Below are positions 1 through 13,085 of a stretch of 64,000 nucleotides of DNA, in pieces (positions within the stretch are counted from its first letter, which is position 1; each line of letters opens with the position of its first letter). Position numbers and translations under genes: made by a program. Source of the DNA: Lama guanicoe (taxonomy: Eukaryota). The notes beneath the pieces are model-generated. The model did not search any database, had not been told where the DNA came from, and worked only from the letters and a program-made list of their open reading frames with translations. Where the stretch lies: NCBI GenBank assembly GCA_013239625.1, contig MU056029.1, forward strand, positions 620,001 to 684,000. The letters run 5' to 3'.

Positions 1-233
1 AACCAATCGGTGACCTGTGCGTGAATTCATCACCCAGCCCCTACTCCTTGTGTGCCCAGCCCCCTCCCCCCAATAAAAGACCCTGCAAGGCCAGCTGTCA
101 TCTGTGTGTCCTGCTGTTGTCTATTAGGTTACGCTGGTAACCTAATAAAGTCCTTTCTTGAAATCTCCTTTGCTTTTGGTAAGTTCTTTTACCACTCACA
201 TCACCGGCCCCTCACCTCACTGTGCCCACAACA
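1..233 (+). mobile_element. ERV LTR, 3' part (truncated by window edge), probably a 5' LTR
   Basis: CCAAT at 3-7, TATA-like AATAAAA at 72-78, AATAAA at 144-149, ends ...CCCACAACA at 233; followed by leader-like sequence. Confidence 0.7.
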
Positions 234-520
234 GGCCGGAAGGTGAGTTCATGCTGAATTAAACTCTGCTCTTTCCTTGAAGCCTTTTGGCACTGGGTTG
301 GGTGGTTTGTTTTCTTAGGAATCAGGTCCCTTGGGATTTTGTTCTTTGACTGGGTTTACCTTGTTCTTTGGCAAAACTTTTTTAGGACCTAACACCTGCT
401 TGTCTGTCTACTTGTCTTGTGTCTTAAAATTGTCTGGTAGGGGGAAAGTTGGTGGGAAGAGAATGGATCTGGACTTGAGAGACCCATCCTCAGGCCAACC
501 TCAGGAGCTGAGAAATTGGG
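234..520 (+). mobile_element. ERV 5' leader remnant
   Basis: AAG|GTGAGT donor at about 243 just after the LTR, then T/G-rich TGTCTGTC leader-like sequence; no recognisable primer-binding site. Confidence 0.4.
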
Positions 521-599
521 ATTTAAATTTTGTAACATTTATAATACAGTGAGATTCTTTTGTCACAGTCTGCATCTGACCCTGTGAATCCCTGACTTG

Positions 600-1390
600 C
601 CAAATAATTTTTGAACATTTTAATGCATAAGGTTCCTCTTCATCCTGTGAACTTCATGCATTTTGACAAATGCACGGTTTCATGTTTTCACCATTACGGA
701 ACCATACAGAATAGTTTCACTACCCTAAAAGATCTCCTGTGATTCAACAGTATTTCCTTTCCAAACCCCTGGCAACCACTGCTTGCCTCTCTGGTTTTGC
801 CTTTTCCAGAAGGTCATATAAATGGAATCACACAGATGTGGTATTTTCAGACTGTCTTCTTTCACTTAGCAATGTGCATTGAAGAGTCACGTGTTTTGGT
901 GTAGTCTGATAGCTCATTTCTGCTCATCACTAAATAATGTCCCATTGTAGTACATCCAAAATTTGTTTATCCATTCACTGAGTGAATGACATCTTGGATG
1001 CTTCTTTTTTTGGCAATTATGAATAAAGTGGCTACAAACATTTATGGGCAGGTTTTTGTGTGGGAAAAATTTTTTTAAATCAGTTGGGTAAATACCTAGG
1101 AGCGCGATTGTTATAGCACGTGATAAGGGCATGTTTGGCTTTGTAAGTGACCGCCAAGCTGTCTTCCAAAGTGGCGGTACCATTTTGTGTTCTCCTAGGA
1201 ATGATGGAGAGTTCCTTCTGCTCCATGTCCTTGCCAGCAGCTGATTTGTCAGCTTTTTGGATTGTAGTCATTCTGGTACATTGGTAGTGGTATCTCACTG
1301 TTGTTTTAATTGGCCTTTCCTCAATGACAAGTGATGTTGAATACCGTTTCATGTGCTTATTTGCAGCCTTTGCAGGTTCTTTGATTCTGT
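600..1390 (-). mobile_element. LINE-1 (L1M-type) ORF2 C-terminus and 3' UTR, decayed
   Basis: Minus ORF 1080..1352 reads MKRYSTSLVI..IKTTVRYHY, an ORF2 C-terminal motif; typical 3' UTR follows. Confidence 0.85.
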
Positions 1391-2249
1391 TCTGATCTTT
1401 TCCGCATCAGCACTCAGGGATCTTCCTACAGCAGCAGAACATCCTTGCCTTACTGCACATGCGTGACTCTATGTGCCATTTTTCACTCCTTTACAGCCTC
1501 CAGCAGGCCGGGGCGGGGCCTGTCATTTGATCTGATGATCAAATGACACATGAAAGAACATTTTGAAAACATGTGTAATTATAAAAAATATATACCTACC
1601 CCGACTTCCATCCAGGAAGAAGCCAACTCAAGCAGTTTGTCACAATTCCTTCCAGACCTTTTTCTTCTGTGGGATTACTTTTCTTTACATTAAAAAAAAA
1701 ATTTTTGTTGGACGTATCATGTATTTTCAAACTTTTCTAACCTTAAATCATGCTGAAACAAACCACGTGCTTCATAAATCTTTGACCTCGTTTCAGATGA
1801 GACCCCAGAATTAGAATTATCATGTAAAATTTTAACAGCCCTTTAAAGCATCTCTGATACACACATCCAAGTGTTTCTTTCACAAAATTGCTAACATTTT
1901 ATTTCCACGGGCAGAGACCGTGAAGGTCTGTAACTACACTCCCACCAGCGCTGAGTCAGGTCAGCGGTTTCCATCTTTGTCACGCTATCAGCCCAACATG
2001 GTATCTTGTGTTAATTTAGATGTATTTAATTTACGAGTCGAGTTTGAACGTTCTCTATTGCGCTTGAAATGAGTTTCCGGTAATAGTTTTCGTGAAGTAC
2101 TCATTTGTGGTCTCAGTGACACTTCACTGCAGTCTGAGTCACAGCCACTGACTGCTTCTCTAGCTGTATTGGAAATAACACCAAGGGAGGGGTGTCATGC
2201 ACAGACCCGAGTTTTAACCTCAAGCGAAGCCGGATTAACAAGACAGCCG

Positions 2250-2380
2250 CCCCATGCACTACGGTTTTGACATGAAGTAATGATTCACTCCGTGGGCCTC
2301 TGTTTCCTAATTTGTGAACCAGGAGCTTCCCTTGTGCTTAACAAGACTGGTGTAAGGATGACATGAGATAATACATGTGA
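2250..2380 (+). mobile_element. MIR SINE fragment
   Basis: GGGCCTCTGTTTCCTAATTTGTGAA resembles the MIR core. Confidence 0.5.
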
Positions 2381-3164
2381 CAGGCCTTCCTCTCTTCAGG
2401 CTATTTGCCCAGAATTGCTTGAGGATTTAGCTATTGTGCAAATCTATCCATTGCTGGGAACAGGAAATTTACTACTTATAGAAAGTACATGGGATTATGG
2501 GGCTGGCCTTAGTGAGGGTTATATAAGGGAACTCTCGATATAGTGTTCAGGCTATGGGATATATCAGTGTAGATAAGTTTTGTTAATTTGTTGAAGGATC
2601 AGTTTTGAGGAAGAGCAGTTGATAGTCTACTTATATGTAAAATGCTTCATCCTTCTGCCTTGAGAGAGACAATAGTTTGCAAGGTCGTCAGTGCCAGTTG
2701 GTACAAAAGGAAGCAGATCTGCCCACATGAATGGTTGACCACTTCTCTACAGACTCGAAGTAACCCAGCAGCTGAGGGCATGTACAGAAATGTGATCAGG
2801 CAAAGAGTAACAGCTCACTTAGGGGGAATTACAAGCTCTAAGTCAACATCGATGAAGCAGAATGGGCAGAAAACCAGTCAACACTTTGAACAAAAATGTA
2901 ATAAGACTTAAGAGGAGATTCAATTAGAGCACAAAAATGACTTTCCCAAATCTCAGTTCTATAGATAAAATGAAAAGATATTTCACAATTTAGAACAAAA
3001 GTACCAAAGGAGTGAAAATAATGAAAGACAAGGTATTAGAAACAAATGAATTTTAGGAACTGTAATGAGAAAATGATTCAGCAACCCAAAGAGATAAAAA
3101 TAAATAGCTCAAAGAGAGACAATGATTAAATAATAAAGAAAGATTTCTCTGTAATAAAATCTTG

Positions 3165-4390
3165 AGTGAAAAAACTGAGTATCTACATGCAAAAGAATGA
3201 AGTTGGATTCTCGTCGTATACCATATATAGACATTAACTCAAAATGGATTAAAGACTTAAACATAAGACCTGAAATTGCAAAACCCCTAGAAGAAAACAT
3301 AGGAGCAAAGCTTCATGACCTTGGTCTTGGCAATGATTTCATAGATATGACACCAAAAGCACAGGCAATAAAAACAAAAATAAACAAGTGAGACTATAGC
3401 TCACTAAAAAGCTTCTGCACAGCAAAGGGAATAATGAATGGAGTAAAAAAGCAACCTATAGAATGGGAGAAAATATTTGCAAGCTATATATTTGTTAAGG
3501 GAGTTAATATCAAAAATATATAAGGAGCTGCTGTGACTCAATAGTGTAAACACTAACAACCCAACTGAAAAATGAGCAGAGACCCTAAATAGACATCTTT
3601 CCAAAGAAGACATTCAGAGAGCCAACAGGTGCATGAAAAGATGCTCAGCATCAGTAATCATCAGGGAAGGCAAATCAAAACCACAGTGAGACCATTTCAC
3701 ATCTATTAGGATGGCTATTATCAATAATACAAAAGGCAAGTGTTGGTGAGAATGTGGAATCCTTGCACACTGTTGATGGAAATGCAAGACGGTGCAGCCA
3801 CTATGAAAACCCATATGAAGTTTCCTCAGAAATTACAGATAGAACTACCATATGATCCAGAAATCCTACTTCTGGGTATGTACCCAGAAGAATTGAAATC
3901 AGGATCTTGAAGAGGTACTTGTACTTTCGTGTTCATTACACCATTATTCACAATAGCTAAAATGTGGGAACAACTTAAATCTTCATGGACAGATGAATGT
4001 ATTAAAAAAAATGGATCTAAACATACAATGGAATATTATTCAACCTTAAAAAAGGAAATTCTGCAATATGTGACAACATGGATGAAATTATGCCCAGTGA
4101 AATAAGCCAGCCATAAAAAGAGAAACACTGCATGATGCTAGTTATATGAGGTATCTAAAATAGTCCAGTTCATGGAATCAAAGAATGAAATGGTGGTTGC
4201 CAGGGACTTGGGCAGGGGAGAGAAATGGGGAGTCACTAATTAATAGGTGCCAAATTTCAGTTAAGCAAGATGAATAAGCTTTAGAGAGCTGTTGTACAGC
4301 ACTGTACCCAGAATCAACAATTATGTATTGTGTATTTTGTTAAGATAGTGGATCTCATGTTAAGTGTTCTTTCTATGATAAAGTAACAAA
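3165..4390 (+). mobile_element. LINE-1 ORF2 3' part plus 3' UTR (5'-truncated)
   Basis: ORF 3197..3391 reads INSKWIKDLNIRPE...LEENIG..LHDLGLGNDF..MTPKAQA (ORF2); 3' UTR and A-rich end near 4390. Confidence 0.93.
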
Positions 4391-4399
4391 AAATTGTCT

Positions 4400-5970
4400 T
4401 GACCCTGTAGATGGGAAAAGCTCACTGGGTAGAAAAGATACCTAGACACAACTTTTTGAAATTCCGACATTCCAAGTATAAAGAGAAAATTGTTTCAGCT
4501 TCCAAAATAAAAATAAAAATAAAAACCAGACATAAACAATGGAAATAAGATTACCACTAGACTTTTCTTTTCTGGCACTGGACCTCAGAGACAGTGAAAT
4601 AATGCCTACAAAATGCTAAGAGAAAAGGATTTTGACCTAAGAACATATTCCCAACTGAAATACCTTTCACTTGTCAGGGTTAAAGCCAGTGTTTTGGATA
4701 TGCATTGGTTTAGAATATATCAGCTTACTATTATAGGTAAACAAAACACTTGTGAACGTTTCTGAAACAGATAGTACTCCAATCAGAAGAGAAATCTCAA
4801 GACAGATAGGAAGATTGCTGACCCCTGAATCTTGCAATTTCTAAAATAAAAAAATATATATAATAGAGAGAGAGTTTGATGGAGAACTAGTACCATATGT
4901 GTTAATAAAAATTGCTGAAACAAAAAAATATAATTTAAGGGCAAACCTATGAAAATATTTAAAGATATATTTAAAGAAAAACATTCTGTAAAGAAAAACA
5001 ACTTTAAATCTATAAACTAATTGTATAGGAAAAACTGACGCAGAACATTACATATTAAATGTAAACTAACAAAATTCTGACCTTCAAGACTAGAAAAACA
5101 GTCCCTTTGCATCCATATAGATGATTGTCACATTTAATGAGAAAGGAAAAAAGCAAAACAAACCATTGACTGCTTTAGTCTTAGACATCTCCATATACAC
5201 ATTTAATATTAAAGGACAGAACAGCACTTTCTAAGTTCTCATGGAATGAAAGTATAGCCAAAATTCTATTCTGAGGCAAAGATCTTTTTAATTATAAAGG
5301 CTGCAGAACACACATTGTCAATTCATTATAGATCCTTTTAGTAGGTTCTGAAGAAAGTGCTGAAGACAGATTTCAGGTAACCAACAGGTAAATAAATATA
5401 TTATGGGAAAAAGACAGCCAATTGCAATTAAATCTACTTAATGAACCAATGTGGGATTTGTGATTTGAGAATATGCTGTGAATGCTGCAGAACTAAAGCT
5501 GTAGAAAACCCTCAACTCCAAAGGCAGCAGGAGAAAGGGTAAATGATTTGAGTACTCTGATGCCCTTATCTTTTGTCAAGATAAGCACTTCAAGATGGAT
5601 AAACCAGATAATAGAGGGATACACATTTTTAAATTTTAAAGAGAAACGCCAAAATAATAAACAACTAAAACACAGTGTGGAAGTGAAAGGAGAGGTGATT
5701 TCCCCTGGGACATACCAGGGTCATCATTATAAAAAGGAAGTAATACAGACTTTTTGAAGAAACAGAAGATTGACTTTTTAATAGTGTCAAAGGCATAAAG
5801 TTCATTGCTGGAACAAAAATTAAATAAAATCCTCCTGATTGTCAAAAGACACATAGACACAGAACCAAACAAAGCAAAGGCCATAAATGAAAGCAGTAAC
5901 CACAAAAGAACGACAGTAACATAATTCACTGACAGAAATTCTACCAAAACGTTAAGGAATAGGTAAGTCT
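4400..5970 (+). mobile_element. Very old L1/HAL1-like fragments
   Basis: A-rich; ORF1-like motifs such as AATGCCTACAAAATGCTAAGAGAAAAGGATTTTGACCTAAGA. Confidence 0.5.
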
Positions 5971-5973
5971 AAG

Positions 5974-6501
5974 TGCAATAGAAAAGAACAAATCTGACCC
6001 CATGTTAGGTCTGTTCCTTTGGCTTTAACCCTGGGCCCTGTTTTCTAGGCTCAGTCTTGCCGGCTCTGCAGCTTTTGTAAAAGAATGTTGCCTTTAGCCT
6101 GAAATATGCAGGAGAGCCTGTTCTCAGGCCTCTGGCCTTTAAGGATAGTAACACTTTTGCACTTATATAAAGATAACAAGTTGCAGAATAGAAAATCACT
6201 TCTATTTTGTTGGAGGTTTACTGGGACACCATGACCTGACCCACACGGACAGCTGCAAGAACAAAGGATTTCAAGTACAAAGAATTCCTACACCAAGAAG
6301 TCTGCAATAACCAGGCACACCCCCTCCTCTTTTTAGTATGAAAGGAATTCTGACCTGGGGAAGATGGTGCTCTAGGACAACAGTCCCCCATCTTCTTGGT
6401 CTGCTGGCTTTCCAAATAAAGTTATTCCTGGCCCCAACACCTTGTGTCCTGATTTATTGGCCTGTTGTGCAGTGAGCAGAATGTGTTTGGACTTGGTAAC
6501 A
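5974..6501 (+). mobile_element. Solo LTR, family A (ERV1-like), copy 1
   Basis: TGCAATAG...GGTAACA termini, AATAAA near 6415, homologous to six other copies in the window; flanks TAAG/ATTC do not form a TSD. Confidence 0.92.
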
Positions 6502-6799
6502 ATTCAGACAAACCAACTATGGGGGCAAATTGAGAAATCTGGACACTGACTAAAAATTTGATGGTATTTCAGAATTTTTGTTAGGCCCTTAAGGTGTAAT
6601 AAAGTATTTCAATGATTTTTTTTTCAGAAATCCTTGTCTTTTAGAGATAAATACTGAAGTATTATAGATATGTTGATCTGATGTTTGAGATTTGCTTGGA
6701 GAACCTCAGACCGGCTGTGTGTGGAGAGTCACCACAGCCAGGGGATGGATGTGCGGATTAAGGGGTACAGGTACGTCTGCCTTGCAGAGGAGGTGGGAC

Positions 6800-7620
6800 T
6801 GTTTAGAGGGGGAAGTGGAGTATCCAGAAGAGAAAGGAGAGCAGACACTGTGATTTTGCTGAGCGAGTAGAGGGGGATGAAGCCAAGCCCTGGTGGAGGG
6901 ATAGGCTTTGCCCAGGAGAAGGGGAGGCTGTCCTCCCACGGTGGGAGACTGGGTGGCACGGTACAAACACGGCAGGTTTGACTCTTTGACGAGGGGAAAG
7001 GAAGGATTTCACCTCCAGTGGTTTCTAGTTTCTGTACCAAGCAGCAGACGTGGTGGTAGCAAGGGGGAGTCAGGCGGATGGGGGCATGAGGACAGGCAGA
7101 GGATTTGAAACAGCCATTTCCTTGAGTGGCATGAACAGAACATGAGCGGTTTGTGAGCAGATCTGAGGGCCCGTCAGTCACTTTGAATGGATAGTGAACA
7201 CAGTCAGCTCCCCCATGTGGTTTTCTCCAAAACTGCTAGATTCTGATGTTTCCGAGAAAGGAGACATGTGGGTTGCTCAGGGTAGGGGTTTGCCTGCTGG
7301 TAAGACAGGAAGACCAGAAGCAAAGGAGGTGAGGGTAGTGGCAATAGTGTTGCCGAGATGGTGAACAGTGGAAGTAAAGGGCCATCAGTGAGAAGGTGAC
7401 GCTAGCAAGGATGAGACAACAGCACTGTGACGGGGTCTCAGGGAACTGAGGGGCCCAGGCAGCTGGGAACAGGGAGGCTGCCATTGCTCAGGGTGCTAAT
7501 GGTATTAAAGCGGGAACAGTTCGGATCATGACCATGTTTAGGGTGACCGAAGGGAAGTCGTTCCTGGATGTGATGGAAAGGGTGGCCTGAGGACATGGGA
7601 AATGAAACTTGTCAGGATTC
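6800..7620. mobile_element. Old LINE-2-like fragment
   Basis: Purine-rich decayed sequence resembling L2; weak. Confidence 0.35.
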
Positions 7621-7988
7621 CAGAAGGCCAAGAATCCCTCCCTCCAGTTCAGTTAAGCAGCTGCCCATCTCAGTGACCACTGCTTGCAGTGCCATTCTGT
7701 GTGAGCACAGGGAGGTCCTGCAGATCCTCCATTGGCAGAGGCATCCTTTTCCTTTAACCAAATGAAGTAGCACAGAATGATGGTAGAATATGAGCTATTT
7801 GAAAGCAGAAGCTCAGGATTATTTTTCATCTTTAAATCTCAGTGCTGTTCATAATGATAGAAACTGGCAGGGCTCCCATAACTGCTATTAGTGGCAAATT
7901 ATCAATCAAATGATGGGTAGAAGCATTAATAAATACACCCTTATTGATTAAAAAAAAGACTAATAGCTGACCTCCATTCAGGGATCAA

Positions 7989-9222
7989 TGACAAGGAATT
8001 CCCGTGTGTGTGTCTTTCCCACCACCACCAAGCAAGTAACTCCACGGGCACTGACTGGGTGTCTTCCTGTCACTGAGTCCAAACTCGTTCTGCTCGCTGC
8101 ACAACACACCAGTAAATCCAGAGACGAGGTGTTGGGGCCAGGAATAATGACTTTATTCAGAAAGCTGGCAGATGGAGAAGATGCGGGACTAATGTCTTAG
8201 AGAACCATCTTCCCCAAGTTAGAATTCAGGCCCCTTTTATACTAAAAAATAGGAGAAGGTGTGGCTGGTTGTTGCAAATTTCTTGGTGTTGGAATCCTTT
8301 GTTCTTGCAGCTGTCCACATGGGTCAGCTCATGGTTTTCCTGTAAACCTCCAACAAGACAAGTGTTATCCTCTATTCTGCAACTTTTTGATCTTTATATG
8401 AACAGGAAAGCATTATATCCTTAAGGTCAGAGCCTTGAGAATAGGCTCTCCTGTCTATTTCAGGCTCTAGGCAATATCCTTTTACAAAAAGTTCAGAACC
8501 AGCATGACTGAGCACAGGAAACAGGGCACAGGGTCAGAGCCAGAAGAACAGATCTAATCTGGAGTCAGATTTGTTCTTCCCTACTACCTTACAAATCCAA
8601 TTCAGTTCTAACACCGTCTACCTGGAGAGAGCACTCGCTCCCACGGGGGTTCAGTCCCATGAGACGGCCCCACTTCAGATGCCGATCTCAAGCCCAGGTT
8701 GCCACCTGTGCTTCTGACTGACTGAACAGCAATGAATTGGAGGGGCCTACAGCTCTGCCCTCAGGCTTCCTAAGGCAGCTCACAGAACTCAGAGAAACAT
8801 TTACTTCTGTACCAGTTTAACAGAGATGGCATATGAAGGATATTGGTGACGAGGTACATCATGTGAGGGTCCGCGTGCAGGAGCTTCTGTCCCCGTGGAG
8901 TTGGAGCAGGCCACCCTCTCAGCATGTAGATGTGTTCACCACCCCAGAATCTCATCACATCTCTTTATTTAAGAGTTTTAATGGAGCTTAATCTGCAGCT
9001 CCACCCCACCCCATTCCCAGAGGTCAGTAGGTAGAACTAAAGTTTCCAACCTTCTAATCTCTTCTTCTTGCTGTTGACCTCACTGGCATAAACTCAGGTG
9101 GGCTTAAAGGGGCTCCTTATGAGGAACAAAAGACACTCTTATCAGTTGGGAAATCCCAAGGGTTTTAGGATCTGTGCCAGGACCTGGGGACAAAGACCAA
9201 ATGTACTTCCTGTTATGCCACA
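7989..9222 (-). mobile_element. MER21-like LTR, interrupted by family A LTR
   Basis: End reverse-complements to TGTGGCATAACAGGAAGTACATTTGGTCTTTGTCCCC (MER21-like start); the two halves rejoin across 8068-8588. Confidence 0.8.
8068..8588 (-). mobile_element. Solo LTR, family A, copy 2 (nested in MER21-like LTR)
   Basis: TGTCACTGAGTCCAAAC start; near-TSD TTCC/TTAC. Confidence 0.92.
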
Positions 9223-10159
9223 GACCTATGAGTGTAGTTGGAAATACACACATCAGTCTGTAATCAGAAGGGAGCTGAGGTAGTGGAGGTAGTAACTCGA
9301 GTTGAAAGCAATGACATTTTAGAAAAGACGAGGCCAATGCACTTCTGATAAATAAAAATGAGTCATGGGACGGACATAAGAATGGACAGTATCATAGAGC
9401 AGAAAGGAAGTGGATGAGGGACCCAAGATCCACAGGTGCATGCTCTGTAACATTATCTGGGACGTTCCCACGAACTAAAAATAGGGTTAAAAACTCAGGT
9501 ATCTCCGTGAAGGAGAAATGTGTGTGCAGTAGAATTTCCGTTTCAGCAAGGCTGCAGAATTCGGCTCCTGGGAGACCATGGGCTTATCACTAAAGGACTC
9601 GCCATTGTGCCTGCCAAGGCCTGGGGTCCTTTCCAAGCAATAAAATTATAGGTGTTACATACATTTGAACTACTTTCTCGAAAACATCTCACAGAAAATT
9701 GCATGAGGATGGCAAAGATGACTCCCCCCGCCCCACACTGAAATGGCTACAACAAAAGTGGTAAAAATAAATTCATGGCTAAATAATACCCAAGGAATGG
9801 TAGGGCAACAGGCTATTATTACTTAGAGCCTGGCCTGCAATTAAAGACTTCCAAAAGGTTACAAGTCGCCTACTTCTGCACCAGTTTCACATTGCACCAC
9901 TGCTAATTCTACTTGGAAGGCAAGGCTTTCCAGAGAGGCTTCCTCACAGCCACGAGGTTTCCCATGTCTTGAGTGTGACACTCACTCCAATACTTTGGAC
10001 ACTTCTTTCTACGTTCACTGGTTTCAGCAGAATCCCGAGGCGTTGTTTAAATGTGTTAACATTATACCTTCCCATCGCTGGCAGTTGTCAGGTGTGTTAC
10101 TGCTGTTGTTATTATTGACTTCAAAAGGGAACCTCTTTACATTAAGAACCTCTACATCT

Positions 10160-10501
10160 TAAAAAAAAAACAAGAGGATGCTTATGTACTCATCTACAAA
10201 ACAGAAACAGACTTGCAGACTTAGTAAACAATCTTATGGTTACCAGGGGAAAGGGGGTGCGAAGGGATAAATTTGGGTGTTTTGAGATTTGCAAATGTTA
10301 ACCATTTGCAAAAATAGATAAAAAACCAAATTTCTTCTGTATAGCAGAGGGAAATATATTCAATATCTTATAATAACCTTTAATGAAAATGAACATATGT
10401 ATGTGTATGCATGGCTAGAACATTGTGCTATACACCAGAAACTGACTTTTATGTTGTAACTGACTATATGACAAAAGAAAAAAAAAACCTTAAAAAAAAA
10501 A
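10160..10501 (+). mobile_element. LINE-1 3' UTR with poly(A) (relatively young)
   Basis: ACAAAACAGAAACAGAC...ATGGTTACCAGGGG 3' UTR motifs; A tail. Confidence 0.85.
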
Positions 10502-10509
10502 GTCTATAT

Positions 10510-11495
10510 CTTGTCATGTGTCTGTTGGCCATCTGTACATCTTCTTTGGAAAAAGTCTGTTCAGCTTCTCTGCCCATTTTTAAATCAGGTTGTTTGGTTT
10601 TCTGTTATTGGGCTGTGTTTTTCACATATTTTGGATATTAACCTCTTTTGAGTTATATCATTTACAAATATCATCTCCCACTCAATAGTTTGTCTTCTCA
10701 TCTTATTAATGGTTTTCTTTGCTGTGCAGAAGTGTTTTGGTCTGATGTAGTCCCAATTGTTTATTTTTGTTTTTGTTTCCTTTGCCTGAGAAGACATATC
10801 TAGAAAGATATTGCTAAGACTGATGTCAAGTATCATTACTGTCTGTGTTTTCTTCTAGGAGTTTTATGGTCTCAGGTCTTACATTCAAATCTTTAATCAA
10901 TTTTGAGTTAATTTCCATGTGCAGTGTGAGATAGTGGTCAAGTTTCACTTGTGTGCATTTGCTATCCAGTTTTCCCAACACCAATTATTGAAGAGAGTAT
11001 CCTTTTTTCATTGTATGTTCTTTGCTCCTTTTGTCTTAAATTAATTGCATATGCATGGGTTTATTTCTGGGCTCTCAATTCTGTTCCCTTGATCTGTGTG
11101 TCTGTTTCTGTGCCAGCACCATGCTGTTTTGATTACTGTGGCTCTGTAACATAGTTAATTTAGTTCTCTGTTTGCATCCCCGCTTTCACTTCTTTTGCAT
11201 AATTGCTCAGAAGTGAAATTGCCACAAATGACAATTCTATGTTTAATTTTTTGAGAAACTGCAATACCGCTTTCCATAGTGGCTGCACCATCTTAACATT
11301 CCAACCAACAATGCATGAGGGTTCCAATCCTCACCGACACTTATTTTCTGTAGTTGTTTTTTGTAACAGTCATCTTACTGGGTGTGAGATAGTATCTCGT
11401 TCTAGTTTTGATTGGCCTTTCCCTGATTTGTAATGTTGAGCATCTTTTCATATGCTTTTTGGCCATTTGTGTAACTTCTTTGGAGATATGCATGT
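10510..11495 (-). mobile_element. LINE-1 ORF2 fragments (two pieces)
   Basis: Minus ORF 10585..10836 reads KAKETKTKINNWDYI..K.FCTAKKTINKMRRQ..EWE.IF.N. Confidence 0.9.
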
Positions 11496-12763
11496 ACTTT
11501 TTATGATCAACAAGTATACATTATTATCATTAGAGAGATTCCTTAGAGAGGAAAAAATAAGATGCATTTTTAGTTAGAATTGAAGCCAGGTAGAAAGGGG
11601 CACTTCTACTCAGGACTTCAGACCAGTTTTTAACCTCCTCTCGGTTTAACATCCACCTGTTCACTAAGGATTCGTCAGCAGGTGGCCTTTGATTCCGGAC
11701 AGATTTACTCACTCAGGCCACTGGTTAGAACCTTTGTAACAGTGACAAGTATGGCCAAAAGTGCTAAAGCCAGAGTCAATGGACATACTGAAAGGGTTCC
11801 CAGCAAAGATGTAAATGAATGTGTTCAGAGTTAGACATTCCAGAAGAAGCTGGATGGAAATGTCTCTGTCCAACATTTACCATTTGCTCCCTTATTTTGG
11901 AGGCAAGGAAGGACACTCAGCTGGCAAAGAGAAGATTTATGCCAATGATCTTGACTTTGAATGGAAGCTAAATATAGGAGGTTAACCAGGAAGAGGCGAT
12001 ATCGTCTGGAGTCCAGCTGCACCAACCCAGCCAGTGCAGTGTGGGCAGGAGCTCCTGGGATATTACACATATTGAATATTTGGCCATAAAGCCTTTATAC
12101 CTCTTTGCAAAACATGTTTGTGCTTTATATTTTCAATCACTTTTGGAATCAGTTCTGAAATTTTAATAAGAATGATATTGATTTCTGGGATCCAGACCTT
12201 TAATGTATGCTTTTACACCCAAGGGAAACAAGATCTACCTTAAAATGTCCAGATGTTCAGCTCTCTCCAGGGACAAATGAAGTTGTCAGGTGAGTAACCT
12301 GCGCCTGCCTCAGGAGGCCCTATGGGAACTCGGAGAGAGGATCTCAGATACGCTGGACCGGGGAGCTCACTGTGATGGTTCTGACTTGCACAGGTGTGGG
12401 TGTGGGTCACAGATGAGCCAGGCAGCGCCACACTGAGTCACACAGCCTAGAAGTCTCTCCTGCTTTTTTGTCCCTGGTATCCACTTAAAATTCTCCTACA
12501 TTGGCGCACATCAGTGTATAATTGCATAATTATGGTTATGCATAATTGTCTATCTGGACTACTTAATAAGAATTTGCTAACATATATTTCACAGTGTTAG
12601 GAGAAGGGAATTTGGGCAAGTTTTATTGTTATAATATTTAAAATTTTAGTTTATTTCTTTGTGTCAAATACCTACAACTGGTGTGTTGATGCGCCCTTCT
12701 CCCTTTCATGCAGACCTTCATGTTAAACATGATGAAAACTACATCATTAGAAAGATGCTGGGG

Positions 12764-13085
12764 TGTTATGAAAGACAAGTTCATGTTCTTGACATGCCTT
12801 GAGGCCAAAGGAACCCAAGCACTGAATTCTGGGGCAGAGAGAGGTTTATTGCCGGACCAAGCAAGGAGGACGGGGTGGCTAATGCCCAAGAAAGGTCTGG
12901 GGGCCATGTGCTCACCATCATCAAGTAGTTCATTTCTTCCCTTTGGTGGTGGTTTTTAGCATCTGAAAAACTCAGGACTTACGCATGAGATACTATGATC
13001 TGGGTACTTCAGAGAGGAGCTACAGCAGAGGATATGGGGGCAGGGTCTGTCCCAGGAAGTCCCCACAGGGTCCTGCTTGGTTACA
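12764..13085 (-). mobile_element. Solo LTR, family B, internally deleted
   Basis: TGTTA...GTCCTGCTTGGTTACA; homologous to 25008-25464 and 37660-38136 but about 150 bp shorter; near-TSD GGGG/GGGC. Confidence 0.88.

Noticed and set aside
10160..11155. Opposed L1 pieces as a twin-priming inversion
   Set aside because: The geometry is tail-to-tail with the poly(A) in the middle, which fits two separate insertions better.
12271..12289. 19-nt micro-exon (CTCTCTCCAG...CAG|GTGAGT)
   Set aside because: The splice signals alone are too common to support it as a feature; it is counted only as weak context.
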